From Acidobacteriota bacterium (GTDB lineage: Bacteria; Acidobacteriota; Thermoanaerobaculia; Gp7-AA8), in NCBI GenBank assembly GCA_019244185.1, contig JAFATB010000026.1:128001-192000 (forward strand): a stretch of DNA of 64,000 bases, given 5' to 3'. This document shows, piece by piece, positions 40,370 through 49,897 of the stretch (its first letter is position 1; each line of letters starts with the position of its first letter). Under the pieces are notes generated by a model. That model made no database searches and was not told the origin of the DNA. It was given only the letters and a program-made list of their open reading frames with translations. Made by a program: the position numbers and the translations under genes.

Positions 40370-40378
40370 GAGGAATCG

Positions 40379-42511
40379 ATGCGAATCCAGTCACGCTGTT
40401 TCGCAGTCGCGTTGATCGCAGCAGTCGCTGTTGGAGCGCACGCGCAATCGTCGCATTCGACGGCGTCGGTCGACGTGAACCTCGTGGAAGTGCCGGTCAC
40501 GGTCACGACCGGTGACGGCCAGCCGGTGCGCGGCCTCACGAAGCGCAACTTCGAGGTCTACGACCAGGGGCATAAGAAAGAGATCACGAACTTCGAAGTC
40601 GTCGACGTCGCCTCCGTCGAGCCGGCGGTGCAGCAGGCCGGCGGCGCCGCGCGGCCCGCGGCCGGCGCGCGCAACTTCATGCTGCTGTTCGACCTCGGCA
40701 ACTCGCTGCCGTCATCGCTCGTGCGCGCGCGCACGGCGGCGCTGAACTTCATTCAGCATCAGCTGCTGCCCGGCGATCGCATCGCCGTCGCGACGATCGC
40801 TCCGCTGCAGGGCTTCCGGCTGCAGGCGAATTTCTCGACCGACCGCCAGCTCGCCGAGATCGCCATCCAGACGCTCGGCTCCGCGCAGTCGGGACATTCC
40901 GGCGATCCTCTGCTCCTGACGCGCGCCGACATCGCCGACCTCGCACCGGTCAACGGACGCAACGGCGCGAGCGAGCTGCCGACCAGCCGGACTGGACACA
41001 ACGTCAAAACGCCCGACGTCGACATGGGCGCGCTCGCGGAAGAGAGCATCGTCGCGACGTCGCACATGACGCGCACGGCGAGCGATCAGGCGCAGCGGCA
41101 GTACGTGCAGCGCCAGTTGCACGACTTCACGGCCATGGGCGACGCGCTCGACCGCGTGCAAGGCCGCAAGCAGGTGATCCTGCTCAGCGAAGGCTTCGAT
41201 CCGAAAGCGCTGCAGGGACACGCGACCGGGACGGTGAATTCCGAGGAGGCGCAGGCGGAGCAGTCGGCGGCGGAGTCGGGCGAAATCTGGCGGATCGACA
41301 ATGACGCGCGCTTCGGCAGCAGCTCGTCGCGCAGCGACCTCGGCGCCATGGTCGACGCGCTGCGGCGCGCTGACGTCGTGCTCAACGCGATCGACATTCG
41401 CGGCCTGCGCGGCAACCTCGACGCGACCGCCGACGCGACGGTCGCTGGCGCGAACAACGACTCGCTCTTCCTGCTCACGAACGACACCGGCGGCGTCGTG
41501 TACCGCAACTCGAACGACCTGCAGTCGAACTTCGCGCAGCTCCTCAAGTCGCAGGAAGTCACGTACGTGCTCGCGTTCAACGGCGCGACGTCGGAGCCGG
41601 GCGCATTTCACAACCTGAAGGTCAAGCTCGTGAATGCGCCGAAAGCGCGCGTGAACTACCGCGTCGGCTACTACGAGCCGCGTCCCGTGCTGTCGGACAT
41701 GGACCGCCTGCTCTCCGCGAGCGAGATCCTCATGAACAGCGTGCCGATGCACGACGTCGACGTGCGCGCGCTGGCGACGGTCATCCCCGGCAGCGGGCCG
41801 CGCGCCGAGGTGCCGGTCGTCATCGAGACCGACGGCAAGGACCTGCTGTCGAACGCCGGCACGTCGGTCTTCGAAGAGATCTACGTCTACGCCTTCAATC
41901 AGGATCAGCTCATCTCCGACTACGCGCACCAGCGCATGAGCCTCGATCTCGCGAAAGTGCGCGACCGCATCGCCGCGGCGGGCGTGAAGCTCTACGCGAC
42001 GCTCGACCTCGCGCCGGGCGACTATGACATCCGCGTGCTCGTCGTCGCCGACGGCACGCGCAACGGCTTCACCAGCACGCCGCTGCACGTGCCGCAGCCG
42101 AACGAGCCGTACGCGCTGGCCGCGATCAACGATCCGCGTCCGTGGCTGATGGTGAAAGCGGCCGACAAGCAGCAGGATCGCCCGTATCCGTTCGCGCTCG
42201 GCGAGAAGATGATCGTGCCCGCGGCACGGCCGTCGCTGTCGCGCGGCGCGCACGAGATCGCGCTGCTCGCGCACGGCTTCGGCGTCGAGCCGCTGCAGGT
42301 CGACGCCGTCGTCGAAGACGCGTCGGGGAACCACATCCCGGTGACGCTGTCGCTCGTCGGCCGCACCGATCCCGACGCGCAGGGGAACGTCAAGCTGCTT
42401 TACTCGTTCGCACCGCAGGTCGCGAACGGCCAGTACTCACTCGTCGCCACCTTGCGCAGCAGCGCCCATCCCGCGCCGCTGCGCGTCACGATGCCGTTCA
42501 CGATGGAGTAG
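40379..42511 (+). CDS. Secreted VWA-domain protein, paralog 2
   Basis: Same motif series as 38264..40369; RBS AGGAGG. Confidence 0.85.
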   Translation: MRIQSRCFAVALIAAVAVGAHAQSSHSTASVDVNLVEVPVTVTTGDGQPVRGLTKRNFEVYDQGHKKEITNFEVVDVASVEPAVQQAGGAARPAAGARNFMLLFDLGNSLPSSLVRARTAALNFIQHQLLPGDRIAVATIAPLQGFRLQANFSTDRQLAEIAIQTLGSAQSGHSGDPLLLTRADIADLAPVNGRNGASELPTSRTGHNVKTPDVDMGALAEESIVATSHMTRTASDQAQRQYVQRQLHDFTAMGDALDRVQGRKQVILLSEGFDPKALQGHATGTVNSEEAQAEQSAAESGEIWRIDNDARFGSSSSRSDLGAMVDALRRADVVLNAIDIRGLRGNLDATADATVAGANNDSLFLLTNDTGGVVYRNSNDLQSNFAQLLKSQEVTYVLAFNGATSEPGAFHNLKVKLVNAPKARVNYRVGYYEPRPVLSDMDRLLSASEILMNSVPMHDVDVRALATVIPGSGPRAEVPVVIETDGKDLLSNAGTSVFEEIYVYAFNQDQLISDYAHQRMSLDLAKVRDRIAAAGVKLYATLDLAPGDYDIRVLVVADGTRNGFTSTPLHVPQPNEPYALAAINDPRPWLMVKAADKQQDRPYPFALGEKMIVPAARPSLSRGAHEIALLAHGFGVEPLQVDAVVEDASGNHIPVTLSLVGRTDPDAQGNVKLLYSFAPQVANGQYSLVATLRSSAHPAPLRVTMPFTME

Positions 42512-42519
42512 GACCGACC

Positions 42520-44601
42520 ATGAGAAAAAAGATCATCAGTGTCTCCACCGCGCTTCTTCTCACCGCAGTGACGTTGCCCGTGCAGCCGCAGGCAACGCGT
42601 TCCGATGCATCGATTCAGGTCAACCTCGTCGAGCTGCCGGTCACGGTCACGTCGACCAACGGCGATCCGGTGCGCGGCCTCACGAAGGAGAACTTCGAGA
42701 TCTACGATCAGGGCCGCAAGCAGGACATCACGAACTTCGAGATGATCGACTTCGCCGACAGCGCGCAGCAGCAGCCGTCCGCGGCGACGGCCGAAGCCGC
42801 GCGCCCCGCGGCGGCGCGCAACTTCCTGTTGCTCTTCGACCTCGGCAACTCCAGTCCCACCGCGCTCGTGCGCGCGCGCAGCGCGGCGAGCGACTTCGTG
42901 AACAAGCAGGTGCTGCCGCACGACCGCGTCGCCGTGGCCACGATCGCACCGCAGCAGGGCTTTCAGCTGCACGCGAATTTCTCGACCGACCGCAAGCTCG
43001 CCACGTCGGCCATCGACACGCTCGGCCTCCCGCAACTGCAGCAGACCGGCGATCCGCTGCTCGTGACGATGAAGGAGCTCGGCGTCACCGACATCGTCCC
43101 CGCCGTGGGCGCCAACCAGAAAGAGGCGGTTGCGCTCGAAACGCTGCAGGGAATCTCGCTCGCGTCGCGCCGCGCCAATGATGCCGCGCAGCGCGAGTAC
43201 GTCGACCGGCAGCTGCATGAATTCGCCTCGATGGGTGCGATGCTCGATCGCGTTCCGGGACGCAAGCAGGTCATTCTGCTCAGCGAAGGGTTCGATCCGA
43301 AGGTGCTGCAGGGACACGGCAATGCGCCGTCCGAGGAAACGCGCGCGGAACAGGACGCCTCCGAGCGCGGCGAGATCTGGAACATCAACAGCGAGGCGCG
43401 CTTCGGCAGCAGCTCGTCGCGTTCGAACCTCGGCGCGATGGTCGATTCACTGCGCCGCTCCGACGTCGTGCTCAACGCGATCGACATCCAGGGACTGCGC
43501 GGCGGCACCGACGCGAAGTCGATCGGCACGTCGCAGGCGACCAGCAACGACTCGCTCTTCCTGCTCACGAACGACACCGGCGGCACGGTGTTCCGCAACA
43601 CGAACAATCTCGCCGGCAACTTCTCGCAGCTGCTCCGCACGCAGGAAGTCACGTATCTGCTCGCGTTCAACGGCGCGAGCACGAAGCCGGGGACGTTTCA
43701 CAACCTGAAGGTGAAGCTCGTGAACGCGCCGAAAGCGCGCGTGAACTATCGCGTCGGCTACTACGAGCCGCACCCGATCGCGTCGGACATGGATCGCCTG
43801 CTCTCGGCCGGCGAGATCATGATGAACAGCATCCCGGTGGCGGACGTGAAGATGCACGTGCTCGCGACGCCGATCCCGGCCGCGGACAAGGCGGAAGTCC
43901 CCGTCGTCGTCGAGACCGAGGGGTCGAGCCTGCTCGCGAACGTCACGACGCCGTCGGTGGCGGAGGAGTTCTACGTCTACGCGTTCGACCCGAAAGGCAC
44001 CATCGTCGACTTCGCGCATCAGCGCATGAACCTCGACCTCGCGAAAGTGCGCGACCGCATCGCCGCGAACGGCGTGAAGCTCTTCTCGACGCTCGACCTC
44101 CCGCCGGGCGACTACGACCTGCGCGTGCTCGTCATCGCCGCCGGCACGCGCAACAGCTTCCAGAGCGTGCCGCTGCATGTACCGGCCGCCACGGACGCAT
44201 ACGCGACCGCCGCGATCGCCGACCCGCAGCCGTGGCTCATGGTGCGCGCCGTCGACAAGAATCCGAATCGCGCGTATCCGTTCGCATTCGGCGAGAAAGT
44301 GCTCGTCCCCGCCGCGCGCGCATCGCTCGCGAACGGCCCGCACGATCTCGCCGTCGTCACGCACGGCTTCGGCGCCGATCCGGTGCGCGTGGACGCCCAC
44401 GTCGAAGACGCGAACGGCAAGCAGAGCGCGGCCGCGCTGTCGCTCGTCGGACGGACGAGCGCCGACGAAGCGGGCAACGTGAAGCTGCTCTTCTCGTTCG
44501 CGCCGGACCTGCCGCACGGCGACTACGCGCTGGTGATGACGCTGCACGGCGACGCGCGCCCCGACGAGGCGCACGTGCGGCTGCCGTTCAGCGTGGAGTA
44601 G
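42520..44601 (+). CDS. Secreted VWA-domain protein, paralog 3
   Basis: Same motif series; start MRKKIISV at 42520. Confidence 0.85.
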   Translation: MRKKIISVSTALLLTAVTLPVQPQATRSDASIQVNLVELPVTVTSTNGDPVRGLTKENFEIYDQGRKQDITNFEMIDFADSAQQQPSAATAEAARPAAARNFLLLFDLGNSSPTALVRARSAASDFVNKQVLPHDRVAVATIAPQQGFQLHANFSTDRKLATSAIDTLGLPQLQQTGDPLLVTMKELGVTDIVPAVGANQKEAVALETLQGISLASRRANDAAQREYVDRQLHEFASMGAMLDRVPGRKQVILLSEGFDPKVLQGHGNAPSEETRAEQDASERGEIWNINSEARFGSSSSRSNLGAMVDSLRRSDVVLNAIDIQGLRGGTDAKSIGTSQATSNDSLFLLTNDTGGTVFRNTNNLAGNFSQLLRTQEVTYLLAFNGASTKPGTFHNLKVKLVNAPKARVNYRVGYYEPHPIASDMDRLLSAGEIMMNSIPVADVKMHVLATPIPAADKAEVPVVVETEGSSLLANVTTPSVAEEFYVYAFDPKGTIVDFAHQRMNLDLAKVRDRIAANGVKLFSTLDLPPGDYDLRVLVIAAGTRNSFQSVPLHVPAATDAYATAAIADPQPWLMVRAVDKNPNRAYPFAFGEKVLVPAARASLANGPHDLAVVTHGFGADPVRVDAHVEDANGKQSAAALSLVGRTSADEAGNVKLLFSFAPDLPHGDYALVMTLHGDARPDEAHVRLPFSVE

Positions 44602-46266
44602 TCAGCGCAGAAATCCGCGCTCGCGCAACAGCGACACGATCCGCCGCGCGTTCTCCTCGGGACGCGCGCGGACCGTGTCGAGCGTGAGCTCCGGCGCGAG
44701 CGGCGGCTCGTACGGATCGTCGATCCCGGTAAAGTTCTTGACCAATCCGGCACGCGCCTGCGCGTACATCCCTTTGATGTCGCGCGACTCGCACACGTCG
44801 AGCGGCGTGTCGACGAAGATCTCGATGAAGCGATGCGCGCCGGCCAGCTCGCGCACGCGGTCGCGCGTCGCGCGGTACGGGCTCACCGCCGCGCAGACCG
44901 CGACGCCGCCGTGGCGCACCACTTCGCTCGCCACGTAGCCGATGCGCAGGATGTTCGTGTCGCGATCCTCTTTCGAGAAGCCGAGGCCTTTCGAGAGATG
45001 CGTGCGCACGACGTCGCCGTCGAGCACCGTCGCTTGTCGCCCGTGCTCGAGGAGCAGCGTGACGACGATGTCCGCCGTCGTCGACTTGCCCGCGCCGCTC
45101 AGCCCCGTGAACCAGAGGCAGAAGCCTTCGCGATATCGCGGCGGGTGTGCCTCCGCGAGAATCGCCGCGACCTCGGGACGCGTGAACCATTCCGGCAGCG
45201 GCTTGCCGGCGGCAAGGTAGTCCTCGCGCACCTGCGTTCCCGACAGCGACAGCGACGGCTTGTCCGACTGCTCCTCGTAGTGGCCGTCGACGTAGACGAG
45301 CTGGCGGAACGGCACCATCTTCACGCCGATCTCGGCTTCGTATTGGGCGACGAGCTGCTGCGCGTCGTACGGACCGTAGAACGGCCCGGGACTGGCGTGA
45401 TCGCGGCCGACGATGAAGTGGTTCGCGCCGAAGTTGCGGCGGATGATCGCGTGCCACAGCGCCTCGCGCGGTCCGGCCATGCGCATCGCCAGCGGCAGCA
45501 GCGAGAGCAGCACGCGATCGGGCTCGTAGTAGTGCTCGACGAGCGCCTTGTACGTGCGGACGCGCGTGTAGTGATCGATGTCGCCCGGCTTCGTGAGCCC
45601 GACCACGGGATGCAGCAGCAGCACGCCGTCGGTCGCTTCAATCGCGCGATGCGTGAGCTCCTCGTGCGCGCGATGCAGCGGATTCCGCGTCTGGAACGCG
45701 ACGACGTTTTCGCGTCCACGTTCGGCGAGCAGCGCGCGCACGTCCGCAGGCGTGCGGCGCAGTTCGACGAAGTCGTAATGCGACGGCAGCCGCAACACGC
45801 GCAACGGTCCGCTGATCTGCAGCCGTCCCCAGCGATCCATCTCCGCCACGAGCGGATGTTTGCGATCGGTCGTGCCGAAGACTTTCTGCGCCGTCTCGTC
45901 GACGTCCCAGCCGTAGATCTCGTCGACGGTCATCACCGCGAGCAGTTCCTGCCGCGGGCTGCGCAGCGCGACGTCGTGATGCAGTGCGACCGGCGCGCTC
46001 GCGTCGACCGGCAGTGTCACCGGAATCGGGAACAGCGCGCCGCCGGCGAGACGCATCTCGTCGAGCACGCGTTGAAAGTCGGCCTGGCCGAGGAAGCGAT
46101 CGAGCGGGGAGAAGGCGCCGGTGGCAAGGAGCTCGAGGTCGCACGTCGAACGTTCGCTGAGCTGCACCGACGGCAACGTCGCGGCATAACGCGCGAGCTC
46201 GGCGGCGGTCTCGGGCGGCTCGAGCAGGTTCACGAGAGTGCCGCCGTACGGAGAGATCAGTTCCAT
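44602..46266 (-). CDS. sat: Bifunctional sulfate adenylyltransferase / APS kinase (Sat-CysC)
   Basis: FQTRNPLHRAHE, MAGPREA, IVGRDHA; kinase half WFTGLSGAGKST, LDGD, FTGIDDPYEPP. Confidence 0.95.
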   Translation of the reverse strand: MELISPYGGTLVNLLEPPETAAELARYAATLPSVQLSERSTCDLELLATGAFSPLDRFLGQADFQRVLDEMRLAGGALFPIPVTLPVDASAPVALHHDVALRSPRQELLAVMTVDEIYGWDVDETAQKVFGTTDRKHPLVAEMDRWGRLQISGPLRVLRLPSHYDFVELRRTPADVRALLAERGRENVVAFQTRNPLHRAHEELTHRAIEATDGVLLLHPVVGLTKPGDIDHYTRVRTYKALVEHYYEPDRVLLSLLPLAMRMAGPREALWHAIIRRNFGANHFIVGRDHASPGPFYGPYDAQQLVAQYEAEIGVKMVPFRQLVYVDGHYEEQSDKPSLSLSGTQVREDYLAAGKPLPEWFTRPEVAAILAEAHPPRYREGFCLWFTGLSGAGKSTTADIVVTLLLEHGRQATVLDGDVVRTHLSKGLGFSKEDRDTNILRIGYVASEVVRHGGVAVCAAVSPYRATRDRVRELAGAHRFIEIFVDTPLDVCESRDIKGMYAQARAGLVKNFTGIDDPYEPPLAPELTLDTVRARPEENARRIVSLLRERGFLR

Positions 46267-46314
46267 GCGGCGCGCATTCTACGGTCTCGCGGCACCGCTT
46301 ATACTCGCCCTCGC

Positions 46315-47013
46315 GTGGAATCGGATTTCGAGCAGCGACTCGGCTACACCTTTCAGCAGCGCGAGCTGCTGCGCCGCGCGCTGACGCACAAGTCGTATTC
46401 GCACGAAGCCAAAGACGACGCCGTGCGGCACAACGAGACCTTCGAGTTCCTCGGCGACTCCGTGCTCGGCTTCATAGTCGGCGACCTGCTCTTCCATCAG
46501 TTCCCGGATCTCGACGAGGGCGCGCTCTCGAAGATGAAGGCGTTCCTCGTCAGCGCGCCGAGTCTCGCGAAGAAAGCGCGCGGCTACGGGATGGGCGAGG
46601 TCATGCTCCTCGGCGTCGGCGAGGAGAAGACCGGCGGCCGCAAGAAAGACTCGCTGCTCGCGAATCTCTTCGAGGCGATCGTCGCCGGGATCTACCTCGA
46701 CGGCGGCATCGAGCCCGCGCGGCAGCTCATCGAGCGCTCGTTCCTCGACGACATCCGCTCCATCGACGAACAGGACCTGCTCTTTCAGGACTACAAGACC
46801 GCGCTGCAGGAGCTCGCGCAGGGCAACGGCTTGCAGCTGCCGGAGTACAACGTCGTCGCCGAAGTCGGTCCCGATCACGACAAGACGTTCGTCATCGAAG
46901 TGAAGGTCGGCAGCTTGACCGCGCGCGGCGAAGGCTCGTCGAAGAAAGAAGCGCAGCAGCAGGCGGCGCGGCTCGCGATGCGCGAATACGACGCGCGCCA
47001 TTCCTCATCGTGA
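46315..47013 (+). CDS. rnc: Ribonuclease III
   Basis: ALTHKS, NETFEFLGDSVL, FEAIVAGIYLDGG, dsRBD DYKTALQE..GSSKKEAQQQAA. Confidence 0.95.
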   Translation: MESDFEQRLGYTFQQRELLRRALTHKSYSHEAKDDAVRHNETFEFLGDSVLGFIVGDLLFHQFPDLDEGALSKMKAFLVSAPSLAKKARGYGMGEVMLLGVGEEKTGGRKKDSLLANLFEAIVAGIYLDGGIEPARQLIERSFLDDIRSIDEQDLLFQDYKTALQELAQGNGLQLPEYNVVAEVGPDHDKTFVIEVKVGSLTARGEGSSKKEAQQQAARLAMREYDARHSSS

Positions 47014-48128
47014 CGAAACGGCTCGCGGTCGCGCTCGCGGTGATGCTGCTGATGACCAGCGCGCACGCGCAGCGGAACGATCTCGAGCGCATCCGCGGCG
47101 AGATCACGCGTCTCCGCCAGCGTCTCGAAGACGTGCGGCGCGAGGCGGAGTCGGCGGCGCGCGAGCTCGAAGAAGCGGACCTGCAACTCGGCATCCGCAC
47201 GCGCGAGCTCGAGCTGGCCGCGGCGGCGGAGGCGCAGCTCGACGCGCAGCAGCACGCCATCGAGACGCAGGTCGCCGAGCTCGTGCCGCGCATTGCGAAA
47301 CAGAAAGCGGATCTGCGCCAGCGTCTCGTCGCGCTCTATCGCCTCGGCGGCCTCAGTTACCTGCGCATGCTCCTCGCGCTCGACGACGAGCGCAATCCGA
47401 TCGAGGCGATGTCCATGCTCAGCTATCTCGTCTCGCGCGACGCGCGCTCCGTGTCGCGCTTTCAGGCGACCGGCGTGCAGCTCGCGGCGCAGAAGACGGC
47501 GCTCGCGGACAAGCAGAAGCGCCTGCACGAGACGCGCGTCCTCGTCGAGGAGCGGCGGCGCGCGGTGGCCGTCGCGGTGCAGCAGAAAGAGTCGGTGCTC
47601 GCGAAACTGCGCAGCGAGGAATCGGGCGCGCAGCAGCAGCTCGCGGTGCTCGAAGAGAAAGCGCGACGGCTGCAGCGGCTCGTCGACACGCTCGCGCAGC
47701 AGAAGCCCGGCATGCCGCCGTCGTTCGACATCCGCAGCGTGCAGGGCGCGCTCGCGTGGCCGGTCGACGGCACCGTCATCGAGCGCTTCGGACGGCAACG
47801 TAACCCGAAGTTTTCAACCTACACGATCAACAACGGCCTCAAGATTCAGGCGGCGCCCGGCACCGCCGTGCGCGCGGTTTTCCAGGGAACAGTTCTATTT
47901 ACGCAGTGGTTCAAGGGATACGGAAACTTGATCATTCTCGATCACGGCAATCGCATCTTTTCGCTCTATGGAAACCTCAAGGCGCCGATGGTTGCGGTGG
48001 GCGACCGGATCGCAACCGGCCAGCCGATTGCAGGAGTGGGCGAGAGTGAAGATGCCGGCGCCGGTTACCTGTACTTCGAAATCCGGCAGGACAATCACCC
48101 TCAGGATCCTCAGAAGTGGCTGCGCTGA
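47010..48128 (+). CDS. envC: EnvC-like murein hydrolase activator (coiled coil plus degenerate M23)
   Basis: Signal peptide, long coiled coil, WPVDG..FG..NGLKI..GYGNLIILDHG..LYFEIR. Confidence 0.85.
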   Translation: MTKRLAVALAVMLLMTSAHAQRNDLERIRGEITRLRQRLEDVRREAESAARELEEADLQLGIRTRELELAAAAEAQLDAQQHAIETQVAELVPRIAKQKADLRQRLVALYRLGGLSYLRMLLALDDERNPIEAMSMLSYLVSRDARSVSRFQATGVQLAAQKTALADKQKRLHETRVLVEERRRAVAVAVQQKESVLAKLRSEESGAQQQLAVLEEKARRLQRLVDTLAQQKPGMPPSFDIRSVQGALAWPVDGTVIERFGRQRNPKFSTYTINNGLKIQAAPGTAVRAVFQGTVLFTQWFKGYGNLIILDHGNRIFSLYGNLKAPMVAVGDRIATGQPIAGVGESEDAGAGYLYFEIRQDNHPQDPQKWLR

Positions 48129-49324
48129 TGATGACTAAGAAAAAGATCGCCTTCCTCTCCTTGTCCGTCGCGTTGATGCTCGTGCTGCTGGCCGGTGCGG
48201 TGTTCGGCCAGGCCACGCCGAAGAACAGCGTGTATCGCTACCTCAGCATCTTCTCCGAGGTCTTCGATCTCACGCGCAACAACTACGTCGACGAAGTGTC
48301 GAGCGAGCAGCTGATGGACGGCGCGTTCTCCGGCGTCACCGACGCCGTCGACGAGTTCAGCTACTACGTGCCGCCCGCGCAGATGGCCGCGTACAAAGGC
48401 TTCGAGGACGTCGAGGACAACGGCATCGGCCTCATCGTCACCAAACGTTTCGGCTACGCGTACGTCATCGCCGCGACGCCCGGCTCGCCCGCGGAAAAGG
48501 CGGGACTCGAGCGCGGCGACTTCGTCGAGAAGATCGACGGCCAGTCGCTGCAGAAGACGCCCATCTGGCAGATCCGCACGATGCTCCGCGCGAACCATCC
48601 CATCAAGCTGCAGGTCCTGCACGGCGGCGAGACGAAGCGCGACCAGGTCACCGTGCAGCACGCGAGCTTCCATCCGATCGCACTCGATACCGACAACCTC
48701 TCCGGCATCGCGTACATCCGCATCCCGTACTTCGAGCAGGGCACCGCGCAGCAGTTCCGTGCCGCGCTCGACAACGTGCGCAAGAGCGGCGCGCGCAAGC
48801 TGATCGTCGACGTCCGCGGCAACGCCGGCGGCTCGGTCGACGACGCCATCGCCGCGGCCGACGAGCTGCTCACGAGCGGTCTCATCACCGCGCTCGAAGG
48901 CCGCAAGCTGCAGTCGAAGCGCTGGCAGGCCGACCGCAACACGTCGTTCGACGGCGAGGTCGAAGTGCTCGCCGACATGTCCACCGCAGCCGGCGGCGAA
49001 GTCTTCGCGGCCGCCATCCGCGGCAACAACCGCGGCAAGGTCGTCGGCGTGACGACGTACGGCAAGTCCATCGTGCAGAAGTTCATCCCGCTCCCGAGCG
49101 GCGGCGGCGTGCAGATGACCGTCGGTCATTACACGACACCCGACCTCAAGCCGATCACCGAGACCGGCGTGAAGCCCGACGTGCTCGTCGACCTCACCGC
49201 GCAGGCGCTCGAACAGCAGGAAGACAAGAAGACCGGCCGCAAGACCGCCGAAGAGGACCTGATCCTCGAGAAGGCGCTGCAGCTCTTCGGCGCGCCCGCG
49301 ACGGCGGCGAAGAAAGCCGCCTAG
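48128..49324 (+). CDS. ctpA: S41/CtpA-like protease with PDZ domain; catalytic Ser apparently absent
   Basis: GIGL..GSPAEKAGL, IVDVRGNAGG, TAAGGE in place of SASASE, TYGKSIVQ, GVKPD. Confidence 0.8.
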   Translation: MMTKKKIAFLSLSVALMLVLLAGAVFGQATPKNSVYRYLSIFSEVFDLTRNNYVDEVSSEQLMDGAFSGVTDAVDEFSYYVPPAQMAAYKGFEDVEDNGIGLIVTKRFGYAYVIAATPGSPAEKAGLERGDFVEKIDGQSLQKTPIWQIRTMLRANHPIKLQVLHGGETKRDQVTVQHASFHPIALDTDNLSGIAYIRIPYFEQGTAQQFRAALDNVRKSGARKLIVDVRGNAGGSVDDAIAAADELLTSGLITALEGRKLQSKRWQADRNTSFDGEVEVLADMSTAAGGEVFAAAIRGNNRGKVVGVTTYGKSIVQKFIPLPSGGGVQMTVGHYTTPDLKPITETGVKPDVLVDLTAQALEQQEDKKTGRKTAEEDLILEKALQLFGAPATAAKKAA

Positions 49325-49848
49325 TTCTTCTCGTCTTTCTCGCTTTTTCCGCGCGTGGCGATGTAGACAGCGGCATCCCACGCGTTGTGGATGCCGATGA
49401 ACAGCAACGCCAGCGCGAGGGCGGCTGTCCAGTACAGCGCGCCGAGGATGTGGCGCCACGCGAGCGTGCCGGTGATGAGCGCGACACCGTACGTGCCAAT
49501 GGGGAAGCCGACGTGCCACAGCCAGTCCTCGAGCACCGGCGCGTAGCCGCTCTGGCGCCGCGCGCGGATCGCTGTGATGACGCCGTAGAACACGCCGAAC
49601 GCGCCGATCGTCGCCAGGCAGAAGCCGAAGCTCGTCGGTGAATGGCGCGGCACGCAGGCGATCGCGGCGATCGTCAGCACGGAGCAGAAGTGCACGACCG
49701 TCGGCGTGCCGAACGCCTCGACCTGCTCCACGCTCCCGATGTGCGTCTCCGCACCGAGAGCCATGACGACGAACTGCAGACCGGTCAGCGCGGCCGCGGC
49801 CGAGCCGACGATCACGTAGAACGTTTCCCACTCGTGCAGAGCCTGCAT
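49321..49848 (-). CDS. Hypothetical membrane protein
   Basis: WETFYVIVGSAAAALTGLQFV..IGIHNAWD; about 5 TM segments. Confidence 0.8.
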   Translation of the reverse strand: MQALHEWETFYVIVGSAAAALTGLQFVVMALGAETHIGSVEQVEAFGTPTVVHFCSVLTIAAIACVPRHSPTSFGFCLATIGAFGVFYGVITAIRARRQSGYAPVLEDWLWHVGFPIGTYGVALITGTLAWRHILGALYWTAALALALLFIGIHNAWDAAVYIATRGKSEKDEKN

Positions 49849-49897
49849 GCCGCGAGCGTAGCGTGCGCCGCGGCACAAGACAACGCTACAATTCCGG

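Noticed and set aside
29679-44574. Antisense ORFs of up to about 760 aa opposite the receptor, sulfatase and VWA genes
   Set aside because: Same shadow effect; the plus-strand frames carry all family motifs
38264-44601. Repeated DNA blocks as a CRISPR, DGR or mobile repeat
   Set aside because: They are coding similarity between three paralogs; no spacers, reverse transcriptase or adenine-specific variation seen
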